Source: an uncultured Chloroflexia bacterium (GTDB taxonomy: Bacteria > Chloroflexota > Anaerolineae > B4-G1 > SLSP01). Taken from it: 64,000 nucleotides of DNA. Made by a program: the position numbers and the translations under genes. The notes beneath the pieces are model-generated. The model had not been told where the DNA came from. It made no database searches and was given only the letters and a program-made list of their open reading frames with translations. Each line of letters begins with the position of its first letter. Position 1 is the stretch's first letter. Location of the stretch: positions 1 through 64,000 of the forward strand of contig CAVVUS010000030.1 in the NCBI GenBank assembly GCA_963751345.1, written 5' to 3'. Below, piece by piece: positions 50,553 through 61,094 of the stretch.

Positions 50553-51415
50553 CCTTCTCGCCTACAACGAGCAGTCCGCCCCCAACGCCATCCGCCGGAA
50601 CGTCCGCCGTGTAGGCCTCTCGCCAACGCTGCCCCAACGTCCGCACGACCCATCGTCTGATCCAGCGCTGATAGCCGAAGCGGCGCAGCCGGGGAGACGC
50701 AAGCCAGCGATAGAGGGTGCCACGCTGCAAAAGGCCCGAATGCGCCCCCGGGCACACTCCGAACGCCGTAGGCGGTATTACCCTGATCCCACAGGGCCAT
50801 CACAGCGGGGGGCACGTAGTAGACCGTGCGGACGAGCCGCAGCCCCACACGCTCCAGGATTGCGCCCCATTCCTCCGGGGTAGGATAGCGGTAGTGTGCG
50901 AGCCACGCATCGACGCCCGCAGCGTAAGCCTCAGCCCCTGCCATATCTCCGGCAGCCGCTCGATCGCGGTAGCCAGCCAACAGGCGTCGAAACGCGTCAC
51001 TCGGTACGGTGAAGATGACCCGACCACCGGGACGGACGACACGGGCAGCTTCGCGCAAGACCGGGTCGAGATCCGGTATGTGTTCGAGGACGGAGTTGCT
51101 GAGCAGGGAGCCAAACGCCACGCTGGCGTAGGGCATCGCGTCGCCCATTGCCTGCTGGACCGAACAATAGGCACGCGTTGCGGGGGCCTTCCGCACTTGA
51201 TCAAGCCAGGGGTCGAAGCCTACTTCGATCGGCGGGTCGCCGCCGAACAGCACCTGTGCGATGAGGCCGTCCCCACATCCCAGATCCAAGATCGGGCGAG
51301 GGAATTCCTCGGCGGCCAACGTACGCAACTCGATCGCCCGCCACAGTGCGACCGGCGGTGCAAACCAGTACTGGTCGAGCAGCAGCGTCAGATAATCACG
51401 TGATGGGTCGGGCAT
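50545..51415 (-). CDS. Class I SAM-dependent methyltransferase; frameshift near 50730
   Basis: LWRAIE, ILDLGCGDG, SNSVLEHI, RVVRPGG. Confidence 0.82.
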
Positions 51416-51594
51416 TTGGGATATCGGCGATCCTAATCTGGGTTGGCACTACGTCATCCACGGTAGCACGGGCGCCACCGATGCCGTGCGCGCAGGTCGT
51501 TTGTACCACGAACGTGCCGGAACACAATTCTGCAAGGGGTAGCAATGCGTCGCACAGGCCGGGCGCCTCGCGAGGATGATGGGCCCGCCAGAGC

Positions 51595-52122
51595 CTAGAC
51601 GTCAATATCCCGGGCATGGGGAGCAGCATCGAAAAGCTGTCCCAGCATCCATCGTGTCAAGGTCAGGACCAAGGCCACCGCGAGCCCCAAGCCGATGGCG
51701 AGCCCGATGAACCCGGCGAGCACGTACCCCCCGGCAGCGAAAGTGAGGGCGCCCAGAACCGTGCCTCCAAGCGTGATCAGCCCGACGACGCCATGACGAA
51801 CTTCCCGGCGAATGAAGAGGCGGCGCGCTGTGCGCTGAACTGCCTGGCAATATGGACACCTGATCCGGCGCCGAAGTTCGCGCTCCAATCTGGGCGTCAC
51901 CATCGTCACATCCATTGTCCGGCGGCCTCTGCTGACGGCGCCGTCGACGCCCACCTGGAAACCATAGCTGAAAGAACGTCCACACAACTCGCAGACGACA
52001 TCACGGCGCATCTGAAGCCGCACGTCGTGCCAGCGCCCGGTGCCGTTCCCGCCCGTCTGCACGCCGGCAATCGAGAACCCGTACAATTTCATCAGATCCG
52101 ACAGATAAGGGTCGGGCAACAT
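51595..52122 (-). CDS. Hypothetical protein with split zinc ribbon and two C-terminal TM helices
   Basis: CELCG...CPYC followed by two hydrophobic segments. Confidence 0.7.
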   Translation of the reverse strand: MLPDPYLSDLMKLYGFSIAGVQTGGNGTGRWHDVRLQMRRDVVCELCGRSFSYGFQVGVDGAVSRGRRTMDVTMVTPRLERELRRRIRCPYCQAVQRTARRLFIRREVRHGVVGLITLGGTVLGALTFAAGGYVLAGFIGLAIGLGLAVALVLTLTRWMLGQLFDAAPHARDIDV

Positions 52123-52169
52123 ACATCTATTTCCGGTCTATCTGCAACTCTACGATCGGACTTCTCTCG

Positions 52170-53527
52170 TCAGTCCAGGAGGCGGAGCAGGCCTGCGACG
52201 GTATCGCCCCACCCAACCATATTCAGCGCCAGCGGCAGCAGCAAGACTCCCATAGCGTTCATGCGTCGAGCGCCCCACAGGGCCGGGATGAGCCCGATAC
52301 CGGTAGCGACGGCGCAAATCCCCAATCCCACGGGCCCCGTCACACCCACAACCACGAGCAGCAGCAAGGCCAGGGTCGCCCAACTGATCACCCGATAGGC
52401 CACGTGAGACACCAGCGCCATCACGGCCCGCGCCAAGCTCAGCGATAGCAGAAAGGCGATCACGCCCGCTACCAAGGCCCCAGCCGTTGCCCTCAGATAC
52501 TGCCTCGGGCGTGGTGGCAGTATACCGCGTACTGACCATCCAGGCCATACCCCCACGTGTGAGATGGAGCCCGGGGACAAAGAAGAGCAGAAAGCCACCC
52601 ACGTAGTAGACCATCTTTGCCGCTCCCTGGGCGATCAGAAACGTGCGCTCGTCACGTTGGCCGGTCGCCTGGCCCGCAAGGAAGCCACCGATCCCCCCGG
52701 TTACTACCGGGAAGAACGCCGCAAAGACGCCGCCGAGGGTGCCGGACGCGACCCCCTGGACTACGTTGAGCCACGAGACATCCACGCTGCGCGCCGCAAC
52801 CTGTGACGGCAGCGCCACTCGCCCCACCAGATTGAGCACGACCCAGGGCACGGCAAAGAGTCCCACGAACGCCGGCAGAAGGTTTTGATAGGCCACCTGG
52901 ACGGGCACCGGAGACCGGTAGAGGAGGATGAGCCCTAGCGCTCCCGAGAGCACAAAGGTCGCCAGACCGGCCACCAGCGACCGCCATCCATCCCACCATC
53001 GCTGCCAGCGACCGATCGCCGCATGGCTGTCTGCAGCCGCACGGTTCGCCGCAGCCGCACGGCCCGTCCCCTTGGGCCACTCGGACGCCAACATAGTAGG
53101 CGATGACCGCCCATAGCAGCCAACCCAGGTGCGGCTGCAGGATCTGACGGATGGCCGGTAGGACTCGCGACGCGACAGGCGTCCAGGCGACCAGCGCCGC
53201 CAGCCCCCCAAGGCTCCCGAGGCCCGTCAGAACTACCGCCTCATAGCCCCTTCTCTGCAGCAGATAGGTCTGGCCGGGCAGGACCACGAAGATCATACTC
53301 TCGTCGGGAGCCGAGAAAAAGACGCTCGGGATCGTGTTCACCATCGCATAGCCGGTCACCATACCGAGGAAGAGAAAAGCCAGCGGCTCGCCGCCGATGG
53401 AGAGGCGCCCGGACCCCACGAGCAGAAGGAGCAGGCCCGCCACATTGTAGATGTGCAGGGCGGGGATCAGGGCCAGCACGGAGGCACCCACGGCGCCCGC
53501 AAGGGCCCACAGGAGCAGACTAGCCAT
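52170..53527 (-). CDS. TctA/DUF112-type permease (short, archaeal-like form); frameshifts near 53097 and 52500
   Basis: LIPALHIYN, NTIPSVFFSAPD, VLPG, LLPAFVGLFAVP, AFFPVVTG, C-terminal MNAMGVLLLP; three ORF pieces join. Confidence 0.78.
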
Positions 53528-55154
53528 CGGGTGGCCTCACACGCCAGTCATAGAGAGAGCGGGGAATCAGCTCCAGTGCCTCGCGGTAGACATTGAGCGT
53601 GCCCACAATCTCGGCCAGCTCGCCGGCTTGCGGGACCGGGTTCAGCCCCGTGTAGAGATCCGACCACAGAACCACCGTGATCTCACCTGTACCATCATTA
53701 AGCGGCACCATCACCCCTGCGGAGAAGCCCCGCGGCTCGCCGAGTACGCCGCGGATCCTGACCACACGTCCGGCGTCACCCAATGTGAGGCCGGCAACCT
53801 CGACCCAGGTCGCCGGCTCCGCCGCGACGAGAATCAACACGTCTGCGGCGTCTGCCGGAATCACCTCCACACTTCCCTCGTAGATCGAGACGATCCCGAG
53901 CGCCTCGACATCAGCGCCGGCATCAAAGGCCGTCGGCACAGCCATGGCCTGATACACGTCATTCCAGAGCAGAAGTGTGATCTGTGCGGTCCCGTCATCG
54001 AGTGCGGCTTTGACACCTCCCTTAAGCCCTTCGAGCAACGCAATCCGCCCGCGCACCCTCACCATCTGACCCTCGAGCTGCGCATCGACCTGGCTCAATG
54101 GCAGCACCGGGATGGGTGTCGGCTCAGGCGTGGGCTCGGAGGTCGGCGTGAACGTCAGGGTAGGAGGGACCTCAGGCACAGCCTGGGCGACGGGTGTGGG
54201 ACCACCCTCATTCTCAGGTGTAGGCACCGGTGTGGGACCCCGCTCATTCGCGGGGGTGGGCACAGGCACGACCTCCTCCGCAAGGGCGAAGGTCGCAGGC
54301 AGTAGCTTGATATCGGCGACACTTGCGGGGGCGATCTGCGGCGTTGACCCATAGAGTGTGATAACGCCCTCCACCTCGGCGGTCTGGCCAACGGTGCACT
54401 CGGGAAGAGGACCCGTCAACGATGTCACGACGTCATCCACGGCGACGACAATCTCCCCGCTGTCGTCGCCAATCGTCCATAGAACGAGGCCGTCATAGGG
54501 TTCGTAGATCCGCCGCACCTCACCCGAGAGCCGTACCCGTGTGCCCTCATCCAGAAGGGTGACGTCACCGGCTTTGAACGGGATCGCGTCAGGACGATCG
54601 AGTGTCACATGATCGGCCACGTTGATCGTCAAAGAGGTATAGTCCTCGCGGATCCCGAGGGTCCCGGCCACGGACACCTGATCCCCAATGGCAGGCGGGG
54701 TCCCACGGGCCAGCAGCTCTGCCGTGACATCGCGATATGCGTTGACGTAAGCTTCCCCGGTGCCGTCATCCAACCAGAACCCAAGATAGCCGCTCTCGGC
54801 GTCGTAGCTGAGATTTCTGGAGATGCGGCCCTCCAGCCGTACATAGGCGAAGTTCATGGCGCCGGTAGCCTCGGCGACCGAGATGATGGGTACCTCAACG
54901 CGACGTGCCTGCCACCACAGCAGCGCCAGGCCGACCGTCGCCATCAGGAGGGCCATCGCCTTGACCACGCGGATCTGCAGCCGTCCGTGGATGCGGGCGC
55001 CACAATAGGGGCAGCGTTCGTAGGGCCCGACAAAGCGCCCGCAACTGTCACACAAAGCAGAGCGAGGAGAGTCTACAGGAGGGTCGGAGTCAGAGGGGGC
55101 GTCCGGGAGGGAGGATCGGTCGTCAATCGGCGGCTGAACGGAATCCAAGGGCAC
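53520..55154 (-). CDS. Zinc ribbon + single TM + four OB-fold nucleic-acid-binding domains
   Basis: CDSCG...CPYCG, TM, four repeats of VRxxGxx...[DN]D[GS][TG]x...V/IxG; PT linker containing a 12-aa duplication. Confidence 0.8.
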   Translation of the reverse strand: MPLDSVQPPIDDRSSLPDAPSDSDPPVDSPRSALCDSCGRFVGPYERCPYCGARIHGRLQIRVVKAMALLMATVGLALLWWQARRVEVPIISVAEATGAMNFAYVRLEGRISRNLSYDAESGYLGFWLDDGTGEAYVNAYRDVTAELLARGTPPAIGDQVSVAGTLGIREDYTSLTINVADHVTLDRPDAIPFKAGDVTLLDEGTRVRLSGEVRRIYEPYDGLVLWTIGDDSGEIVVAVDDVVTSLTGPLPECTVGQTAEVEGVITLYGSTPQIAPASVADIKLLPATFALAEEVVPVPTPANERGPTPVPTPENEGGPTPVAQAVPEVPPTLTFTPTSEPTPEPTPIPVLPLSQVDAQLEGQMVRVRGRIALLEGLKGGVKAALDDGTAQITLLLWNDVYQAMAVPTAFDAGADVEALGIVSIYEGSVEVIPADAADVLILVAAEPATWVEVAGLTLGDAGRVVRIRGVLGEPRGFSAGVMVPLNDGTGEITVVLWSDLYTGLNPVPQAGELAEIVGTLNVYREALELIPRSLYDWRVRPPDG

Positions 55155-55163
55155 CTCCTCAGA

Positions 55164-56051
55164 TCAGGTCACCTCGTGGACGGGCCAGATCATCTCGTGT
55201 TGTCGCTGCCAGACCCGGTAACCCACCGCCATGTAGGCCGGGAGCAGCGGATCATCGGCCGGTACGTTGACGGTATGCCCCCCAAAGTCAGGCCGTGTGC
55301 CGTGGAGTGCAGAGAGGAGCTCCCCGGCGACCTGCAGACGCCGGGGATGCGCCGGATCGACCCCCAGGTCGAGAACCGCATAGGCGTCCGACTGCGGCTG
55401 ATAGAGCAGATAGCCGGCCAGATCCGGCCCCTCCCGAAGGGAGAGGCCCAACAGGCGCCCCGCGCGGTGAGTGAGCGAGGCGAGGTCCCTCTGCCAGGAG
55501 GGATCGACTTCGTGGAAGCGGCCATGCGCGGGCAATAGCCGGCTTGGCGGTTCTTCCGATACGTCGTGTGTTGGTGAAGTGAGTGGCACCCAGCCGGGCT
55601 CAAACGTCAACACCAAGAGGTCCCGGACCTTGACGAATCCGAGTCCCTCGTAGAGCAAGATAGCCGCGCCATTCTGCTCCAACACCTCGAGGCGAAGACG
55701 GTCGAAGCTGTCTTGCTGTGACACCCGTTGGATCCACTGAATCATCTGCCGCGCGATGCCGCGGCGCCGCCAGATGGGATGAACGCCAACACCGCTAATC
55801 CACCCCTCGGTCCCCCGGCAGGAAAGCAGGGCCAACCCTACCGGGAGCTCGCCCAGGGTCCCGCCCGGGGCCCTGCCCTGCATCGCTACGACAGATCGCT
55901 CGAGGTCAACATCCATATCGTCACACATCAGCTTGAACTGAAAAGGATCAAGCCTGACCGGGACGAAATAGTCGGCGTACGCCTGATTCAGAAGCTGGGA
56001 GAGACGCTTGGCAGTCAAGGATGCTGCAGGCGTCAAGGTCAACCTGTCCAT
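55164..56051 (-). CDS. GNAT family N-acetyltransferase (tandem domains)
   Basis: GVGVHPIWRRRGIAR, LEVLEQNGAAILLYEGLGF. Confidence 0.88.
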   Translation of the reverse strand: MDRLTLTPAASLTAKRLSQLLNQAYADYFVPVRLDPFQFKLMCDDMDVDLERSVVAMQGRAPGGTLGELPVGLALLSCRGTEGWISGVGVHPIWRRRGIARQMIQWIQRVSQQDSFDRLRLEVLEQNGAAILLYEGLGFVKVRDLLVLTFEPGWVPLTSPTHDVSEEPPSRLLPAHGRFHEVDPSWQRDLASLTHRAGRLLGLSLREGPDLAGYLLYQPQSDAYAVLDLGVDPAHPRRLQVAGELLSALHGTRPDFGGHTVNVPADDPLLPAYMAVGYRVWQRQHEMIWPVHEVT

Positions 56052-56160
56052 TGTCCACCTCACTGGCCCATCATAGCATGGCTGGGGGAACTACACAACA
56101 CTTTGTTGTCTGGCGCCACCCGGCAAAGGAGCCACACTCAGGCTGGGGCCTCTCGATAAG

Positions 56161-56193
56161 GACCCTTGTCATGACCCTTGACGTAGCTATACT
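56161..56193 (+). promoter_or_regulatory. Putative promoter with GACCCTTG direct repeats
   Basis: TTGTCA-N16-TATACT; GACCCTTG at 56161 and 56173. Confidence 0.5.
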
Positions 56194-56253
56194 GGGCGCT
56201 GACGATAGCGCACAGACATACCATGACGCATCTATGAAACAAAGAGGGTTAAG

Positions 56254-57297
56254 ATGACACTTCCCACGGTCCCGATCGACGAGACGCTGGATTTCCTGGT
56301 CGGTCTGCTCAATACCCCAAGCCCAACAGGTGACACAGCACGAGCCTGTCTCTACGTGCAGACGGCCCTGGCAGAGTTGCCCCTGACGGTTTCCCACACC
56401 CGCAAGGGCGGGTTGGTGGTCACCTGGGCAGGCGACAACAGCTGCCCGCGCGCCCTCACGGCTCACGTTGACACGCTGGGCATGATGGTCCGCCAGGTCA
56501 AGGCAAATGGACGATTGATGCTTACCCAGATCGGGGGCTACGATTGGCACTCCGTCGAGGGCGAGGGATGCACGGTCATGACGGGCACCGGAGAGATGAT
56601 CCGGGGCAGCATTCTGCCAACCAAGGCCTCGGTGCATATCTACGGCAACGAGGCTCGCGAGCTGAAACGCGAGGCCGGGAACTACGAGGTGCGCCTGGAT
56701 GTCCGCACTCAGAGCAAGGATGAAACCGAATCCCTGGGGATCGGCGTTGGGGACTTCGTCTTCGTCGATCCGCGGGTGGAGGTGACGAACGGTTTCGTCC
56801 GCTCGCGACACCTCGACGACAAGGCCGGCGTCGCTGCCATCTATGGCGCACTGATGGCACTGCACCAGACGGGTCGAGCACCCCGTTACCGCCTGGACGT
56901 ATTGATCTCCAATTACGAAGAGGTCGGCCACGGCGGGTCCGTGGGGATCCCCGGTGACGTTGAGGAGCTGGTTACCGTGGATATGGCAGCCGCCGGAGAG
57001 GATCAGAACTCGGACGAGTTCTCGGTCGGGATCTGCGCCAAGGACTCGGGGGGGCCCTATCATCTGGGTCTGCGACGGCGCCTTGAACGGCTTGCAGCCT
57101 CCAACAGCATCCCATATCGTACGGATACGTACCCCTACTACGGCTCCGACGGTGAGGCTGCATGGCGGGCAGGTGCCGACCTTGCGGTCGGCCTGATCGG
57201 GCCCGGCGTCGATAGCTCTCACGCCTATGAGCGCACGCATCTTGACTCGCTGGACGCAACCATCCGGCTGCTGCTGGCCTATCTCCTGAGCGAGTGA
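56254..57297 (+). CDS. M42 family metallopeptidase
   Basis: PSPTG, AHVDTLG, SRHLDDK, EEVGHG, KDSGGPY, SHAYER. Confidence 0.92.
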   Translation: MTLPTVPIDETLDFLVGLLNTPSPTGDTARACLYVQTALAELPLTVSHTRKGGLVVTWAGDNSCPRALTAHVDTLGMMVRQVKANGRLMLTQIGGYDWHSVEGEGCTVMTGTGEMIRGSILPTKASVHIYGNEARELKREAGNYEVRLDVRTQSKDETESLGIGVGDFVFVDPRVEVTNGFVRSRHLDDKAGVAAIYGALMALHQTGRAPRYRLDVLISNYEEVGHGGSVGIPGDVEELVTVDMAAAGEDQNSDEFSVGICAKDSGGPYHLGLRRRLERLAASNSIPYRTDTYPYYGSDGEAAWRAGADLAVGLIGPGVDSSHAYERTHLDSLDATIRLLLAYLLSE

Positions 57298-58370
57298 CGA
57301 TGGCCGATCTGGACGCGCGGCTTGACTGGCAGGTACCGTATCTTACGGAAGATCTGCCGGGAATTGGAGGGGTGATCCGCGACGAGGCGGAGGACTTCGT
57401 GGTGGACGAGGTCCCGGCGTACGAGCCCTGTGGCGACGGCGAGCACACCTACTTTCGCGTCGAAAAGCGCAACGTCGACACGATGCGGCTCGTGAGAGAG
57501 ATCGCGCAGAAGTTGGACCTACCTCCACGCGCCATCAGCTACGCAGGGCTCAAGGACGCCCGCGCCGTCGCGCGGCAGACCTTCTCGGTGCAGTTTGTAC
57601 CGGTCGAGACCATCGAGTCGCTCCAGCTCGACAACGCGCGCATTCTATGGGTGTCGCGCCATCGCAACAAGCTGCGCATCGGACACTTGCGTGGAAATCG
57701 CTTCACCCTTCGTGTTCGCGAGGTCGAAGCCGACGCGGAATCTCGAGCGGCAGCCATACTCAAAACGTTGATGGCGCGCGGCGTCCCTAACGCCTATGGA
57801 CCTCAGCGATTCGGCAACCACGGCGACAACCATATCGCCGGATTTCACCTGCTTCACGATGACAAGGCGGCGTTGGCCGAAATGGGCATCCGTCACCTCT
57901 CGCGCCGTTTGCACGGGCTGTTCATCAGCTCGCTGCAGTCGGCGCTGTTCAACCAGGTCGTTGCCCTTCGCATTCGGCAGGGCACCCTGGACACCGTCAT
58001 TCCCGGCGACATCGCCCGCAAAGAGGACACCGGTGGGATCTTCACCGTGACCGATGTCGCCGTCGATCGTCCGCGTGCAGCGGCCTGGGAGATCTCTGCA
58101 ACGGGGCCCGTCTTCGGGGATAAGATCATGCAGGCTCAAGAGGAGGCCGGGGAGATCGAATCACAGATCCTCGCCGCTGCAGGCCTGAGCCTGGAAGATT
58201 TCCGAGCGAGCAAGGAGCACGGGGTGCGGCGCCCTTTGCGCTTCAACCCCGAGGGCCTGACATGGCACGTCGAGGATCGTGATCAGTTGGTGGTGAGTTT
58301 CTTCTCGCCCAAGGGTTCGTTTGCGACGATGCTCCTCCGCGAGTTGATGAAGACCGGAGACGTACGATGA
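57294..58370 (+). CDS. truD: tRNA pseudouridine(13) synthase
   Basis: EDFVVDE, GEH, YAGLKDARA, GHLRGNRF, PNAYGPQRFG, KGSFATMLLREL. Confidence 0.95.
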   Translation: MTMADLDARLDWQVPYLTEDLPGIGGVIRDEAEDFVVDEVPAYEPCGDGEHTYFRVEKRNVDTMRLVREIAQKLDLPPRAISYAGLKDARAVARQTFSVQFVPVETIESLQLDNARILWVSRHRNKLRIGHLRGNRFTLRVREVEADAESRAAAILKTLMARGVPNAYGPQRFGNHGDNHIAGFHLLHDDKAALAEMGIRHLSRRLHGLFISSLQSALFNQVVALRIRQGTLDTVIPGDIARKEDTGGIFTVTDVAVDRPRAAAWEISATGPVFGDKIMQAQEEAGEIESQILAAAGLSLEDFRASKEHGVRRPLRFNPEGLTWHVEDRDQLVVSFFSPKGSFATMLLRELMKTGDVR

Positions 58371-58414
58371 CCAACCTTCGCAAGGGTTCCGGATCATCGT
58401 GAGGTGAGTTGACC

Positions 58415-59197
58415 ATGGCTGACCCGCCCACAGGAGAAGAACGTGACGTCACGCCCCGCGGGGGAGCGTCGATTGATGGCGCATCCCTGGCCCTTGTCAT
58501 TGTGTTGGCGGCTGTCGTCGCCGCCCTATCCTTTATTCCTTTCTCGGTCATGCTGGGGTCCGCCGGTAGCATTGAGATGTCCGAAGGCGTCTATCCCCTG
58601 GTGGGCTGGATTCTGGGGCCAATTGCGGGAGCGGTCGCGTCGGGTATTGGCCGGCTCGTAGGCGTCTTCCTGGCGCCGCAGACGGCGGGCGTGCCGATTG
58701 TGTCGGTGCTAGGCGCAGCGATCGGCAGTTTCGCCGCCGGATCGATGGTTCTGGCGGGGCGGCGCAAGCACTGGTGGATCTGGTTGACCATCCTGTTCGT
58801 CATCGAGTATCTGTTGTTTGCCGGGCGGGCAGTAGTGCAGAACGGCGTGGGCCTGTGGCCCGCCATCGGGGCGTCCTTCATCGATTGGTCGGGCATCCTG
58901 CTCTTCGCGCTGCCCACGCGGCGTTGGGTGGCGCGCTGGCTCAAGAGTCCGAATCTCGCGTGGGTGGCTGCGGGGCTCTTTCTTGGCACATGGATGGTCT
59001 CAGGGCTGACCCACCTCGACTCAGGCGTCATCACCTATTTCATCTACAATTGGCCGGAAGCGGTCTGGTTAGTCCTCATCCCGATCATCCCGGTCGAAAA
59101 CCTCTTCCGCTGTCTCATCGGCACCGTCATTGGCACGGGGGTCATCGCCGGTCTGCGTGCGATTGGCATTGTCAAGCCCCGTGAGGCCGTCTACTGA
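58415..59197 (+). CDS. ECF transporter substrate-binding (S) component, putative
   Basis: Polytopic; PLVGWILGPIAGAVA motif; lies upstream of the ECF A and T genes. Confidence 0.72.
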   Translation: MADPPTGEERDVTPRGGASIDGASLALVIVLAAVVAALSFIPFSVMLGSAGSIEMSEGVYPLVGWILGPIAGAVASGIGRLVGVFLAPQTAGVPIVSVLGAAIGSFAAGSMVLAGRRKHWWIWLTILFVIEYLLFAGRAVVQNGVGLWPAIGASFIDWSGILLFALPTRRWVARWLKSPNLAWVAAGLFLGTWMVSGLTHLDSGVITYFIYNWPEAVWLVLIPIIPVENLFRCLIGTVIGTGVIAGLRAIGIVKPREAVY

Positions 59198-59220
59198 GCC
59201 GCGATCACGTTAGCGCGGGC

Positions 59221-61094
59221 TTGATGGCGTCCATCGCGACCCTGGACAACGTCTCCTACCTCTACCCACGATCCGACGAGCCTGTGCTCAGGGACGTCTC
59301 GCTGGAGATCGCGCGGGGGGAGTTCCTCGGCCTGATCGGTCCGACGGGCGCAGGAAAGACCACGCTCTGCCTCACGCTGAATGGCATCGTCCCGCAGTTC
59401 TACGGGGGGCGGTTTTTCGGTCGCGTGACGGTAGCCGGCCTCGATAGTCTCGACCACCCCATCAGCACGATGGCGCAGCACGTCGGGATGGTCTTCGAGG
59501 ATCCGGAGACGCAGATCACGGCGACCTCGGTGGAGAATGAGATCGCCTTCGGTATGGAAAACCTCCGCGTACCCCGCGAGGAGATCGAGGCACGCATTCC
59601 CCGGATACTGGAAGCCGTCCGTCTCACAGGCAGCGAGAAAAAGCGCCCCGACGAACTCTCAGGAGGTGAGAAGCAGCGCCTGGCCATTGCCGCCGCACTT
59701 GGCGTTGCAGCCCGACCTCCTGGTCCTCGACGAGCCCACGTCTCAACTGGATCCCGTGGGATCCGGGGATATCTTCGCCACCTTACGCGAGCTGAATCGT
59801 CAACTCGGCATAACAATCGTCATCGCAAGCCACGCGGCCGAGGAAATGGCGGAGTACACAGATCGCGTCGCCCTACTCTCACGGGGAGAGCTGATCCGCG
59901 TCGGCTCACCCGACGACATCTATGGTGACGTCGACCAACTCCATGCGCGCCGGCCTGCGCCCGCCCCAGGTGGCCGAGACATTCTTCCTGCTCCGCAGCC
60001 GCGGCGTCCCCGTCCCCACCATTCCCATCACGCTCGCCGACGCCCTGCCGCTTCTCGACGATCTTCCTACTCCCACCAACCTTCGCGAGGTTAAGCCCGA
60101 GCAGCCTCGGGCCGAAACCTTGCGAAGGTTTCCGGACATCTCGCCGGGCACAGCAACACCGTCAGTTGACGCTATTCGCCCTTCAAACCGGGCTGCTGAC
60201 CTCGCGACGGTTGGCACTGCCTCTCCTGTGCCCGATCCCCGATCACCCAGTCCCCAATCCCTGGCCCTATCGGCCCGCGACTTGCACCACGTCTACCCCG
60301 ACGGCACCCACGCGCTGCGCGGCATTTCGGTCGACATCAGTGCGGGAGAATATGTGCTCATCGCCGGACAGAATGGCGCCGGAAAGAGCACGCTGGTCAA
60401 GCACTTTCTCGGGCTGCTGCAGCCGACATCGGGCCAGGTGCAGGTCGGCGGCATCGACAGCCGGAAGCTCTCGGTCAGCGACCTGGCGCGGACCGTCGGT
60501 TACGTCTCTCAGAATCCCGACAACCAGATCTTCAATGCCACGGTGGAGGAGGAGGTGGCGTTTGCCCTCAAGAACCTGGGCTTTCCGAAGCGCCAGGTGG
60601 AATCCGCGGTCACCGAAAGCCTGGCGGAGATGGGGCTGCTTGACGTCAGGGACCGGCATCCCCTGGCGCTCCCAAAGGGCGACCGCGCGCGGGTGGTGAT
60701 CGCAGCCGTCCTGGCCATGGACCCGCAGATCCTCATCTTCGACGAACCCACCACGGGCCAGGATGACCGGGGCGCGAAATCCATCCTGGAGATCACCCGC
60801 CGGCTTCACAAAGAAGGCAGAACCGTCGTCATCATCACCCATCACCTTTACCTGATGCCCAAGTACGCGGAGCGTATGGTCGTCATGGGAAAAGGCATCA
60901 AGCTCCTCGACGCACCCATGCGCCAGGCGTGTCACGAGGCAAAGGTGCTGGCATCGACGTATCTGAGCCCTCCTCAGGCTGTGCTCTTGGCGCAGGCGCT
61001 CGACCGGCGAAAGTACCCCGAGGCCGGTCAGTTGATCACACCCGAGGAGGTCGCGGCCTACGTTGCGGGGCAGGATAGGGCGCCCACGTTATGA
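59221..61094 (+). CDS. ECF transporter fused double ATPase (A-A'); frameshifts near 59701 and 59948
   Basis: GPTGAGKT, LSGGEKQR, LDEPTSQLD; second domain GQNGAGKS, FDEPTTGQD. Confidence 0.88.
60078..60130. repeat. REP-like hairpin in-frame inside the ECF ATPase linker
   Basis: aaccttcgcgaggtt ... gcccgag-cagc-ctcgggc ... aaccttgcgaaggtt. Confidence 0.75.

Noticed and set aside
54190-54265. 36-bp direct repeat
   Set aside because: Encodes a 12-aa duplication in a PT linker; ordinary linker expansion
58371-58414. Riboswitch upstream of the ECF S component
   Set aside because: Only about 45 bp of intergenic space, partly taken by a REP-like palindrome; no aptamer motif seen
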